Part shown: in pieces, positions 55,431 through 64,000 of the stretch
Numbering within the stretch: position 1 is the first letter of the stretch
Layout of the letters: the number at the start of each line of letters is the position of its first letter
Assembly: GCA_963766075.1 (NCBI GenBank)
Contig: CAVYAN010000072.1
Span: 64,001-128,000 of the forward strand
Length of the DNA: 64,000 bases
Source: an uncultured cyanobacterium
GTDB taxonomy: Bacteria; Cyanobacteriota; Cyanobacteriia; Leptolyngbyales; Leptolyngbyaceae
Direction of reading: 5' to 3'
Notes under the pieces: model-generated
Databases searched by the model: none
The model's input: the letters and a program-made list of their open reading frames with translations, nothing else
Told to the model about the DNA's origin: nothing
Position numbers and translations under genes: made by a program

Positions 55431-55764
55431 AGCAAGAAGTGATGCTAAACAAATCAGACCCCTTATTTTACTCGGTTAACTCTGTTCAGCACTCACAGAA
55501 ATGCCAGTTTTACCGGGAAGCCTCACCGTTGCACCGCCAAAACCCTTACCGATCGCAACATCAAGAACCCCGACCTCAAGAACTCTGGTGCCCCCAGTCA
55601 AGACCCCTGGCACCCCCACCGGGCTTCCCACCGGACAACAGCAAGCCCCACTCAAAACTTTCTCCAGGGCGCGTTGGGGCGGGGCACTTCCGGATACACT
55701 AAAAATTGGTATTTTTGTTTAAGTATCTATTAAGTCTTGTTCGTTGCGCTCTTCTCCAGAACTT

Positions 55765-57325
55765 ATGCCGAATTCCGCTCCGCCATCGTCAGAAGTGACT
55801 CCCAATTCTGGTCTGCCCCTGACTACAGCCTTGACAGAGTCTCTAGATGTCATCGTGATTGGGTCTGGGATTGGCGGACTGGTGACGGCTACCCAGTTGG
55901 CGGCGAAGGGAGCCAAGGTACTGGTGTTAGAGAGCTACCTGATTCCGGGGGGCAGTTCTGGCTATTTTGAACGCAGTGGTTATCGCTTTGATGTCGGGGC
56001 ATCAATGATTTTTGGGTTTGGTACCCAGGGGACAACAAATTTGCTGACTCGGGCGCTGGAGGCCGTGCAGGTGAGCCTGGAAACCATTCCCGATCCGGTG
56101 CAGATTCACTACCATTTGCCCAATGGTCTGGAACTTAAGGTTCATAAGGATTACGAGAAATTTTTATCCGAACTGACCGCCAAGTTTCCCCATGAAGCCC
56201 AAGGGATTCGCCAGTTTTACGATGAATGCTGGCGGGTGTTCAACTGTCTGAATGTGATGGATTTGTTGTCCCTGGAGGAGCCGCGCTACCTGGCTCGGGT
56301 GTTTTTTCAGCATCCGTTGGCTTGCCTGGGTTTGGTGAAGTATTTGCCCCAGAATGCCGGGGATATTGCCCGCCGATTCATTCGGGATCCGGACTTGCTG
56401 CGGTTTATTGATATGGAGTGCTATTGCTGGTCGGTGGTGCCTGCCGATCGCACCCCGATGATTAATGCGGGCATGGTGTTTAGCGATCGCCACTACGGCG
56501 GCATCAACTATCCCAAAGGCGGCGTCGGGCAAATTGCTCAGAAATTAGTGGAAGGTTTGGTCCAGTGCGGCGGCAGCATTCGCTACAAGGCCAGAGTGAC
56601 CGAAATTCTGCGGGAACGGGGACGGGCGATCGGGGTGAAATTGGCCTCAGGGGAAACCTATCGCGCGAAGCGGATCGTCTCCAACGCCACCCGCTGGGAC
56701 ACCTTTGAAAAATTGATCCCCGCTACAGAAATGCCGATCGCCGAACAAAAATGGCAGCGGCGCTATCAAAAGTCTCCCAGCTTTTTGAGTCTGCATTTGG
56801 GCGTCAAAGCCACTGCCCTGCCCTCTGGCACGGAATGCCACCATATTCTGCTGGAGGACTGGACCCGCATGGAAGCCGAAGCGGGACTATATTTGTTTCC
56901 ATCCCCACGCTGTTGGATCCCAGTCTGGCTCCCCCAGATCACCACATCATCCATGCGTTTACGCCGTCCTGGTTGGAATCGTGGCAGGGACTGTCTCCCC
57001 AGGACTATCAGGAGAAAAAAGAAGAGGCAGCAGCGGCTTTAATCACGCGCCTCAAAAAATCTTTCCAGATCTATCCCGCCATCTGGACTATCAAGAAGTG
57101 GGTACACCGCGCACCCATCGCCGGTTTTTGGGGCGGCAAGATGGGACCTATGGCCCGATCCCCACCCGCAAATTGCCGGGATTGTTGGGGATGCCGTTTA
57201 ACCGCACGGCGATCGCGGGCTTCTACCGCGTAGGCGACAGCACATTTCCGGGGCAGGGATTAAACGCCGTTGCTTTTTCGGGATTTGCCTGTGCCCATCG
57301 GATTGCGGTGGATCTGGGCCTATAG
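55765..57325 (+). CDS. crtH: Carotenoid isomerase; apparent frameshifts near 56884 and 57055
   Basis: GSGIGG FAD motif, [51 protein letters not shown]. Confidence 0.92.
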
Positions 57326-57486
57326 GAGAACTGGGCCTATAGGATCTCGATTCCAACGGGCCCACGCTCCAGGGTTGTCGGGTGATCTACCATAGGGAGG
57401 TATGGCCAGAGAGTCGGGATACAGATTCGGGGCACAGAGTCGGGACGTAACGTCAGAAAATTGCTGCAAATGAGGTTTGGTTAAAC

Positions 57487-57714
57487 ATGGAAAATCCCCT
57501 GTCGGAAGACATCGGCACCGCCCCTACTGCGGCACTGCTTCCATCGGATCCGGAGATCGCTGTCCCCGTTGTGGCTTCTGAGCCACCCCCGAGTTATGTC
57601 AAACTGGCAATGCGGAACATGGTCCGTAAGCGGGGTCAGTCGCTGCGGCACTTTTTTTTGACGGCCACAGGACTTTTGGCAGTATTTGTGGGACTGGCTT
57701 ATTTAACGCGCTAG
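57487..57714 (+). CDS. DUF3285-like small membrane protein
   Basis: PSYVKLAMRNMVRKRGQSLRHFFLT. Confidence 0.8.
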   Translation: MENPLSEDIGTAPTAALLPSDPEIAVPVVASEPPPSYVKLAMRNMVRKRGQSLRHFFLTATGLLAVFVGLAYLTR

Positions 57715-57726
57715 TGGGTAAAACCT

Positions 57727-58377
57727 TTGGATCAGCAAACCTTGGCACAACAGCCCGTGGGCATACCGCTTGGGCCTCAAGCCCTAGAACATCAAGATCT
57801 AGGCGATCGCGATTTAAGACAGGACAATCGGGTACGAGACGCCTCTGTCCGTGGGGTTGAGGTGTGCGTGCAGGACTGTTGGACAGAGATTATGGATGCC
57901 AGTCATGCCACGGCTTACGGGGTGCCATCGGCCACCTGGGAACAGTGGTTTCAGACCTGGCTCACCAGCTTGGAGCCGGATTTATCATCGGATCTCCTGC
58001 CGGAGGGCGGCTATGAACTCAGCCTGCGGTTGACGGGCGATCGCGACATGCAAGCCTTCAACCGTGATTACCGCCACCAAGACAAACCCACGGATGTGTT
58101 AGCCTTTGCTGCTCTGGAAACTGAAATCCCCATCACAGAGGAATGGCCCATCTCTCAACCCCTCTACCTGGGTGACATTGTGATCTCCATAGAAACAGCA
58201 CAAGCCCAGGCCCATCGGGCTGGCCATTCCCTAGAGGTGGAACTGGCGTGGCTTGCTGCCCATGGGTTGTTGCATCTCCTGGGTTGGGATCACCCCGATG
58301 AGGAGCAGTTACAGGACATGTTAGATCGCCAGGAAGCCCTGCTCCATGCCGTGGGGATCACGCTAGCGAGTCGATAA
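57727..58377 (+). CDS. ybeY: rRNA maturation RNase YbeY
   Basis: DKPTDVLAF, LGDIVIS, HGLLHLLGWDH; start uncertain. Confidence 0.93.
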   Translation: MDQQTLAQQPVGIPLGPQALEHQDLGDRDLRQDNRVRDASVRGVEVCVQDCWTEIMDASHATAYGVPSATWEQWFQTWLTSLEPDLSSDLLPEGGYELSLRLTGDRDMQAFNRDYRHQDKPTDVLAFAALETEIPITEEWPISQPLYLGDIVISIETAQAQAHRAGHSLEVELAWLAAHGLLHLLGWDHPDEEQLQDMLDRQEALLHAVGITLASR

Positions 58378-58510
58378 GATCTACCTGCGTACCGCTCCAA
58401 ACAAATGGATCGTATTACGTAGATTGAGTAGATCGTATTTGGATTTAGATCTCATCCCGAATTTGATTATTTACTGATGTAACCTTTATTGTGTTTTCCT
58501 TTTGTGGTCT

Positions 58511-58996
58511 ATGCCCTCTGAACTTCCCACTTCGTCACCGGAACAAGCTGCGCCAGAGCATCCCCTGCATCAGCCCCATGCCCTCAACCGAGATTTTGCC
58601 CTACAGACGGCCCCGAGCCTATTGATTAGCTTTAAGTATGCTTGGGCGGGGGTAAGCTATGCCTTTCAAACCCAGCGAAATTTTCGGGTCCATGTCGGGC
58701 TAGGGACGGTGGCGATCGCCCTCAGTCTCTATCTGCACCTCCCCTCAACGGAACTGGCCATCATTGGGCTGACCACAGGGGCTGTACTGACGATGGAATT
58801 GTTGAATACGGCGATCGAGTCAGTGGTAGATCTGACGGTAAAGCAGTCGTACCACGAGTTGGCTAAGATTGCCAAAGACTGCGCCGCAGCGGCAGTCCTG
58901 ATTTCGGCGGCGGCAGCCGTTGGGGTGGCGGGCTCTCTGATTTTGCCGAAACTGTGGCTGGCGATCGCGCTCCTGGTTGCCCCCTACCTGGCTTAG
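58511..58996 (+). CDS. dgkA: Diacylglycerol kinase family protein
   Basis: SFKYAWAG, QRNFRVH, ELLNTAIESVVDL, AKIAKD. Confidence 0.88.
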   Translation: MPSELPTSSPEQAAPEHPLHQPHALNRDFALQTAPSLLISFKYAWAGVSYAFQTQRNFRVHVGLGTVAIALSLYLHLPSTELAIIGLTTGAVLTMELLNTAIESVVDLTVKQSYHELAKIAKDCAAAAVLISAAAAVGVAGSLILPKLWLAIALLVAPYLA

Positions 58997-59161
58997 TCCT
59001 GTGGTGCCTGCCGCACTATAGAGGAATGCAAAATTAAACGTGAAAAATTAAAAATGACGGATGGTGTGAACGGGAAGACTCCGGGCCGCCTTGCCAGCAG
59101 ATTTTTAATTGCGATTTTAATTGCGATCGCTCATGTCCTCCCATTCAAAGGGCTCAATTCC

Positions 59162-59812
59162 ATGATTCTCGTCATTGATAACTACGACAGCTTTACCTAC
59201 AACTTGGTGCAATATCTCGGTGAGCTGGGCACAGAATTTCCTGTTGCCGCTGATATTCAGGTCTATCGCAACGACCAAATTTCTCTGGAGCAGGTGCGCG
59301 CCCTCTGGCCCGATGGCATTGTCATTTCTCCCGGCCCCGGTCGGCCCGACGATGCCGGAATCTCCTTGCAGTTGATTCAAGCCCTCGGCCCTGAACTGCC
59401 GATCCTAGGCGTGTGCTTGGGACATCAAAGCATCGGGCAGGTGTTTGGCGGCACCATTACGGCGGCTCCAGTCCTCATGCATGGCAAAACATCCCCCGTC
59501 GAGCACACCAACGTAGGCGTATTCGCAGGCTTGGACAATCCCTTTACGGCTACCCGCTACCACAGCCTTGTGATTGAACAGCAGACCTGCCCTGACGTGT
59601 TAGAGGTCACTGCCTGGGTCGCCGATGGCACGATTATGGGCGTGCGCCACCGCCAATATCCCCATATTCAAGGCGTGCAGTTTCATCCTGAAAGTGTGCT
59701 GACGCTGTCGGGCAAGCCATTGCTCAGGAATTTCCTTGCGGCGTTATCGGGGGCATCCCCTGACGAACTGCGCGGAGAATCTACGGTGCCGATGTCGGCC
59801 ACAGAGCGCTGA
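59162..59812 (+). CDS. trpG: Anthranilate/aminodeoxychorismate synthase component II
   Basis: IDNYDSFTYNL, SPGPG, GVCLGHQ, GVQFHPES. Confidence 0.92.
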   Translation: MILVIDNYDSFTYNLVQYLGELGTEFPVAADIQVYRNDQISLEQVRALWPDGIVISPGPGRPDDAGISLQLIQALGPELPILGVCLGHQSIGQVFGGTITAAPVLMHGKTSPVEHTNVGVFAGLDNPFTATRYHSLVIEQQTCPDVLEVTAWVADGTIMGVRHRQYPHIQGVQFHPESVLTLSGKPLLRNFLAALSGASPDELRGESTVPMSATER

Positions 59813-59927
59813 TGGCATCCCTGCGGCGCAGGTAAAACGACAAACTGGCCCAAAAACAGACAACTTGGTTTTACCTTTTGGCAGTTGCCCTGTACGCTAA
59901 TTCCTAGTGGTTTTGCGAGGACGCGAT

Positions 59928-60707
59928 ATGAAACGACGGCAGCTAATACGCTATGCAGGAGCCGGATTGCTGGCAACTATCGGCACGGGCATCGGTTCAG
60001 ACTGGGCTGACCTCGGACAGAAGGCGCAGGCGCAGACGGGCGGGGTGTCTATCCAGTTTTTGGGGCACACCTGCTTTTTGATTACAGGCGGGGGGCATCG
60101 GGTATTGGTGAACCCCTTTAAGCCCATTGGCTGTACAGCGGGCTATCGCGCACCAAAGGTGGGATCGGATTTAGTGCTGATTAGCAGCCAATTGTTTGAT
60201 GAGGGGTTTGTGGACGGACTGCCGGGAAATCCTCAGATTTTGTTTGAACCGGGAGAATACAAGGTTGGCAATCAGAATGTCCGGGGTGTCCGTACGGAAC
60301 ACGATCGCGTCAAAGGCAAGCGCTTTGGTGTGAATGTGGCGTGGCAATGGCAGCAGGGCGGACTGAATATCCTGCACCTGGGCGGAATTGCGGGTCCGAT
60401 TTCTGTTGAACAAAAGATTTTGATGGGTCGCCCAGATGTGTTGATGATTCCGGTGGGGGGCGGTCCCAAAGCCTACACGGCGGCAGAGGCCCAGCAGGCG
60501 ATTCAGTTACTGAATCCGAAGCTGATTATTCCGACGCACTACCGCACGACGGCGGCGGCTAAGAATACCTGCGATATTGTCGGCGTAGACGAATTCCTGA
60601 AGCTGATGTCGGGAACCCCGGTGCGCAAGGGCGGCAGTGGCTTAAGCGTGGGCCGGGGTGATTTGCCCAGCAGCGGCTCGGTGATTCAGGTGATGAGTTA
60701 CGGTTAA
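59928..60707 (+). CDS. MBL-fold metallo-hydrolase-like protein with Tat signal
   Basis: MKRRQLI; FLGHTCFL, LHLGG, IIPTHY. Confidence 0.8.
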   Translation: MKRRQLIRYAGAGLLATIGTGIGSDWADLGQKAQAQTGGVSIQFLGHTCFLITGGGHRVLVNPFKPIGCTAGYRAPKVGSDLVLISSQLFDEGFVDGLPGNPQILFEPGEYKVGNQNVRGVRTEHDRVKGKRFGVNVAWQWQQGGLNILHLGGIAGPISVEQKILMGRPDVLMIPVGGGPKAYTAAEAQQAIQLLNPKLIIPTHYRTTAAAKNTCDIVGVDEFLKLMSGTPVRKGGSGLSVGRGDLPSSGSVIQVMSYG

Positions 60708-60962
60708 AGCCCTGCGCACAAAAATCAGGTGGGGGTATGTCCGTATCCATGAAGACGAGTTGGATTATGGATTGAGTTGGGGGGTAACCCGTGTTTGAGA
60801 CGGTGGGCCTATTAATTTATCCTAGAAAATCAACACTATCGTCCTCAAAAGCCTGCCCCCATTTCCTTTGTTTATTTACGAAGGTTTATTTACGAACTTT
60901 GTCAATGCAGGGGTATCCTGCGTTATCAATACAGGTGTAGTGGGCATCGGTACACAGGTTTT

Positions 60963-62729
60963 CTAGCGCGCCGGACTCGTCCACCAGGCGATCGCATAGG
61001 GCTGTTGATCAGTATTGACTTGCCGCTGAAACTGAACCCGCAGCTTGTAACGTCCGGTGGCAGGCACCTGATGAAAAATATGCTCCACACTATCAACCGC
61101 ACTCACTGAAGACCAAATACTCTGGTTGACATCATTGTCTTCGACCCGCATAAGGTAAAGATTGAGATCATTTAAGCCGCGATCGCGAAAGCCTTCGCCC
61201 ATATCAAAAGCACCATTTCGGTTAGAGTCCACCAACTCTACCAAACGATTCCAGACCAACGTGACCGAGACAAAGCTGCCCTGCTGCAGGGGCCGTTCTA
61301 AAACATAATCTTGCACACCCGCGATCGCCGGCCTCGACAGATCGGGGCTAACGCTTTTCTGACTCTGAGTCCCCGCAGCCACTTGGCCATAATCCCACCC
61401 CAGCGGCGGCACTGCTGCCCGAGCTGGCCATTGTCCCGCGCTAAACTGTTGCATGGCCCGAGACGCATTCAACTGCCCTGTCCCCATTTGGATATGCAGC
61501 GGAATTTGGACATTTTGGGCAGCATCCGATTCCAGCCAAGTGCGGTTATTTTTATCCAAAATCGTGCGGCTCATGCCCAGATATGCGCCATTCCCCGTAT
61601 CTTGGACTTTGTCCGTTGCATTCATCAACACCGCCTTCATCACCTCCTGACGGCGTGCATCCAAACTCCATGGGGGCAAGCAACCCGGCGCAACCAGACA
61701 ACTGGATAGTTTTTGCTGCCGCAAATTCTGCACAATCGCGCGATCGCCATATTCCTGCAACAGCGCCACCGTCGCCGTTACATGGGGAGCCGCAAAGCTC
61801 GTACCACTGGAACGGGTGAGCGTGCCATCCATTTTCATCATCGCAATATCACTGCCGGGAGCAGTCAGTGAAATCGCCCGCCGTGCCCCCACATTGCTTT
61901 CCTGACCAATGATTGCCGTGCCCCCCACCGCCATCGGATCGCCCAAATTGGCAAAATCAACCTTGCGAAACACTCCCTCAACGCGCGTGGTAAAGGACAC
62001 ATTCATGCCATTAAAATTATCCGTTGGCACCGAAATGCCCCCTTTACCCTGATTGCCCGCCACCACGTACAGCACATTGTGCTGCCGTGCCGACCAATCG
62101 ATGCACTGCGTCAACAGGGCATTGCCATCCAACACCGGGCTAGTTCGCGGATCCTGTCGCAAGGACTCCCCAAAGCTGAAGTTAATCGCCCGCACATCAC
62201 CGCCATTTTGCAACGCCACATGCTGTGCCGCTAAACATTCCTCCGGCTGCCCATAGCGTTTAGGAGTCCCAGCGGCTGAGGAATACAGCCGTGCACCGGG
62301 AGCAATGCCCCGCATCGCCTTGGCCAGACTCAGCATCACGCTGGCCACATTAAAGGCATGCCCATCCACATTCGCGTTGAATCGCGGCGGGCGATCGCGA
62401 AAAAACACTCGAGTCACCCCCAGATTGCGCGGCTGGGTCAGCGCCTTATCAATGCCGAACTGTCCCGGACGGCCAATTTCCACTTGACCGATCGCCACCT
62501 TGCGTCCAGTTACGTTAAATGGCGGCTCATGTAGTCGCAGAGCGTCAATACCCGACGCTCCAGCAGAACTGGATTGCAGCAGCGTCGAGGAATTTTTCGG
62601 CGTCCGTCCGGCGATCGCGCCTGTGGCCCACCCCAGCATACCTAGTCCCACCAGTCCCAGACTGCCCACCAGTCTCACTCGCCCGCCACCCCTGCCTTCG
62701 GTCCGTCCCCCTTTACCCATCCCCGCCAC
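60963..62729 (-). CDS. S8 family serine peptidase
   Basis: DGHA (His), AGNQG oxyanion Asn, SGTSFAAPHV (Ser). Confidence 0.85.
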   Translation of the reverse strand: MAGMGKGGRTEGRGGGRVRLVGSLGLVGLGMLGWATGAIAGRTPKNSSTLLQSSSAGASGIDALRLHEPPFNVTGRKVAIGQVEIGRPGQFGIDKALTQPRNLGVTRVFFRDRPPRFNANVDGHAFNVASVMLSLAKAMRGIAPGARLYSSAAGTPKRYGQPEECLAAQHVALQNGGDVRAINFSFGESLRQDPRTSPVLDGNALLTQCIDWSARQHNVLYVVAGNQGKGGISVPTDNFNGMNVSFTTRVEGVFRKVDFANLGDPMAVGGTAIIGQESNVGARRAISLTAPGSDIAMMKMDGTLTRSSGTSFAAPHVTATVALLQEYGDRAIVQNLRQQKLSSCLVAPGCLPPWSLDARRQEVMKAVLMNATDKVQDTGNGAYLGMSRTILDKNNRTWLESDAAQNVQIPLHIQMGTGQLNASRAMQQFSAGQWPARAAVPPLGWDYGQVAAGTQSQKSVSPDLSRPAIAGVQDYVLERPLQQGSFVSVTLVWNRLVELVDSNRNGAFDMGEGFRDRGLNDLNLYLMRVEDNDVNQSIWSSVSAVDSVEHIFHQVPATGRYKLRVQFQRQVNTDQQPYAIAWWTSPAR

Positions 62730-63024
62730 TCCCCGACTCCCGCCCGATTTTCCTTCAGTGTAAATCCTCTGCCGTGGTCAGGGGGAAACACTGATGAACA
62801 ATATCCTAGAAGCCCCCACCATCCTGTAGAGTGGAGGATAATCCACAAAAAATTCCACTTTTCTTAAGAAGCTATTCTCAACACCACCCCTACTGCCATT
62901 AGTGGTGCATCTCCGCGCATTCCCCCTGAATGAAAAGATGAAAAGAAGTTGAGCTGAGCGTATTTATCAAATTTTGTGAATTTGTTACAATTACTACACC
63001 CGTTACTAGGAGGCTCTGCGCACC

Positions 63025-63726
63025 ATGCCCTCATCCCCAAAATCCGTCGTTATTTCTCCCTCAATTCTGTCCGCTGACTTTAGCCGCTTGGGCGAAGAAA
63101 TTCGTGCCGTGGATGCGGCAGGTGCCGATTGGATTCACGTCGATGTCATGGATGGGCGGTTCGTGCCCAACATCACCATTGGTCCATTGATTGTCGAAGC
63201 CATCCGTCCTTATACGACCAAGCCCCTGGATGTGCATTTGATGATTGTCGAACCCGAAAAGTATGTAGCCGACTTCGCCAAAGCGGGTGCTGACATCATC
63301 TCGGTCCATGCAGAGCATAATGCTTCCCCCCACCTGCACCGCACTCTTGGCCAAATCCGCGAATTGGGCAAGCAAGCTGGAGTGGTATTGAATCCCGGTA
63401 CGCCTCTGGAACTGATTGACAACGTTCTGGACCTGTGCGACTTAGTGCTGATCATGAGCGTCAACCCTGGTTTCGGTGGCCAAAGCTTTATCCCGACCAT
63501 GGTGCCCAAAATCCGTAAGCTGCGCCAAATGTGTGATGAGCGTGGTTTGAATCCCTGGATTGAAGTAGACGGTGGCTTGAAGGTAAACAACACCTGGCAA
63601 GTGCTAGAAGCGGGTGCCAATGCCATTGTGGCCGGTTCCGCCGTATTCAACGCCCCTGACTACGCCACGGCGATCGCAGGCATCCGCAACAGCAAACGCC
63701 CCGTACCCGAACTTGCGGCTGTTTAA
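63025..63726 (+). CDS. rpe: Ribulose-phosphate 3-epimerase
   Basis: [36 protein letters not shown]. Confidence 0.97.
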   Translation: MPSSPKSVVISPSILSADFSRLGEEIRAVDAAGADWIHVDVMDGRFVPNITIGPLIVEAIRPYTTKPLDVHLMIVEPEKYVADFAKAGADIISVHAEHNASPHLHRTLGQIRELGKQAGVVLNPGTPLELIDNVLDLCDLVLIMSVNPGFGGQSFIPTMVPKIRKLRQMCDERGLNPWIEVDGGLKVNNTWQVLEAGANAIVAGSAVFNAPDYATAIAGIRNSKRPVPELAAV

Positions 63727-63790
63727 TTTTCTCAGTCAATCGATTCTGCACTTGGCTAGCTCTAAGACCGGTTGATTAGTCAGGCTTTGC

Positions 63791-63824
63791 AAATAAGCGG
63801 CCCCTCGGGGGCCGCTTATTTTTT
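63791..63824. terminator. Bidirectional intrinsic terminator
   Basis: aaataagcggcccc-tcg-ggggccgcttattt-ttt between convergent rpe and aroF. Confidence 0.85.
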
Positions 63825-63863
63825 ATGGAACGGTGGTCTTGGCCTCCCGATTAAACCTGGGAA

Positions 63864-64000
63864 TTAAACATGGGACAAAACAGGTTCAGGACGCCAGCGC
63901 CCCACGGCTTTGCCGACAACGGCCAACTCCCGCATCAGGCTATCGAAGCGATCCGGGGTCAAGGATTGGGGGCCATCGGACAGAGCTTTCTTGGGATTGG
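63864..64000 (-). CDS. aroF: 3' end of 3-deoxy-7-phosphoheptulonate (DAHP) synthase, partial
   Basis: Hand translation NPKKALSDGPQSLTPDRFDSLMRELAVVGKAVGRW... Confidence 0.8.
   Translation of the reverse strand, partial: NPKKALSDGPQSLTPDRFDSLMRELAVVGKAVGRWRPEPVLSHV

Larger units (their letters stand above)
1..64000. repeat. HIP1 octamer GCGATCGC dispersed throughout the window
   Basis: Many copies in coding and intergenic DNA (e.g. 1468, 1482, 3219, 3939, 47463); hallmark of most cyanobacterial genomes. Confidence 0.95.

Noticed and set aside
55439..55722. Pro-rich ORFs between upp and crtH
   Set aside because: No recognisable motif or RBS; probably divergent promoter DNA
62975..62989. NtcA-like site upstream of rpe (TGTGAATTTGTTACA)
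   Set aside because: Spacing is one base short and the left half deviates from GTA
1..64000. tRNA, rRNA, prophage or defence genes, and the many short antisense ORFs in the track
   Set aside because: No RNA genes, phage genes or defence genes were recognisable by eye; antisense ORFs overlap well-supported genes and lack motifs

Overview
Chromosomal window of a cyanobacterium: the HIP1 octamer GCGATCGC is dense throughout, and pcyA, crtH, cyaC and an NtcA box are present. Gene order: CyaC-type hybrid adenylate cyclase; ureEFG; NtcA-controlled urtABCDE with a small inserted ORF; a ~2000-aa multidomain RTX phosphatase/phytase; an EPS export module (priming glycosyltransferase, Wzc, Wza); then, on the same strand, a complete lasso-peptide cluster. 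That cluster has B1/RRE, B2 protease, cyclase, two divergent precursors (one missing from the ORF track), an HPr-like kinase, an ABC exporter and a nucleotidyltransferase with a partial tandem duplication. It is followed by Uma2 genes, an IS66 remnant, msrB, a K+ channel, a cellulose-synthase-like GT2, a Ser/Thr kinase, pcyA, clpB, a protealysin/emfourin pair and housekeeping genes (yggT, upp, crtH, ybeY, dgkA, trpG, rpe, 3' end of aroF). About 14 frameshifts, mostly at homopolymers or beside CGATCG sites and including clpB and crtH, look like sequencing errors. The most notable system is the lasso cluster: it is EPS-linked, carries kinase and nucleotidyltransferase genes, and has atypical long cores lacking the canonical C-terminal Ser. 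All calls come from reading motifs by eye; no searches were run.
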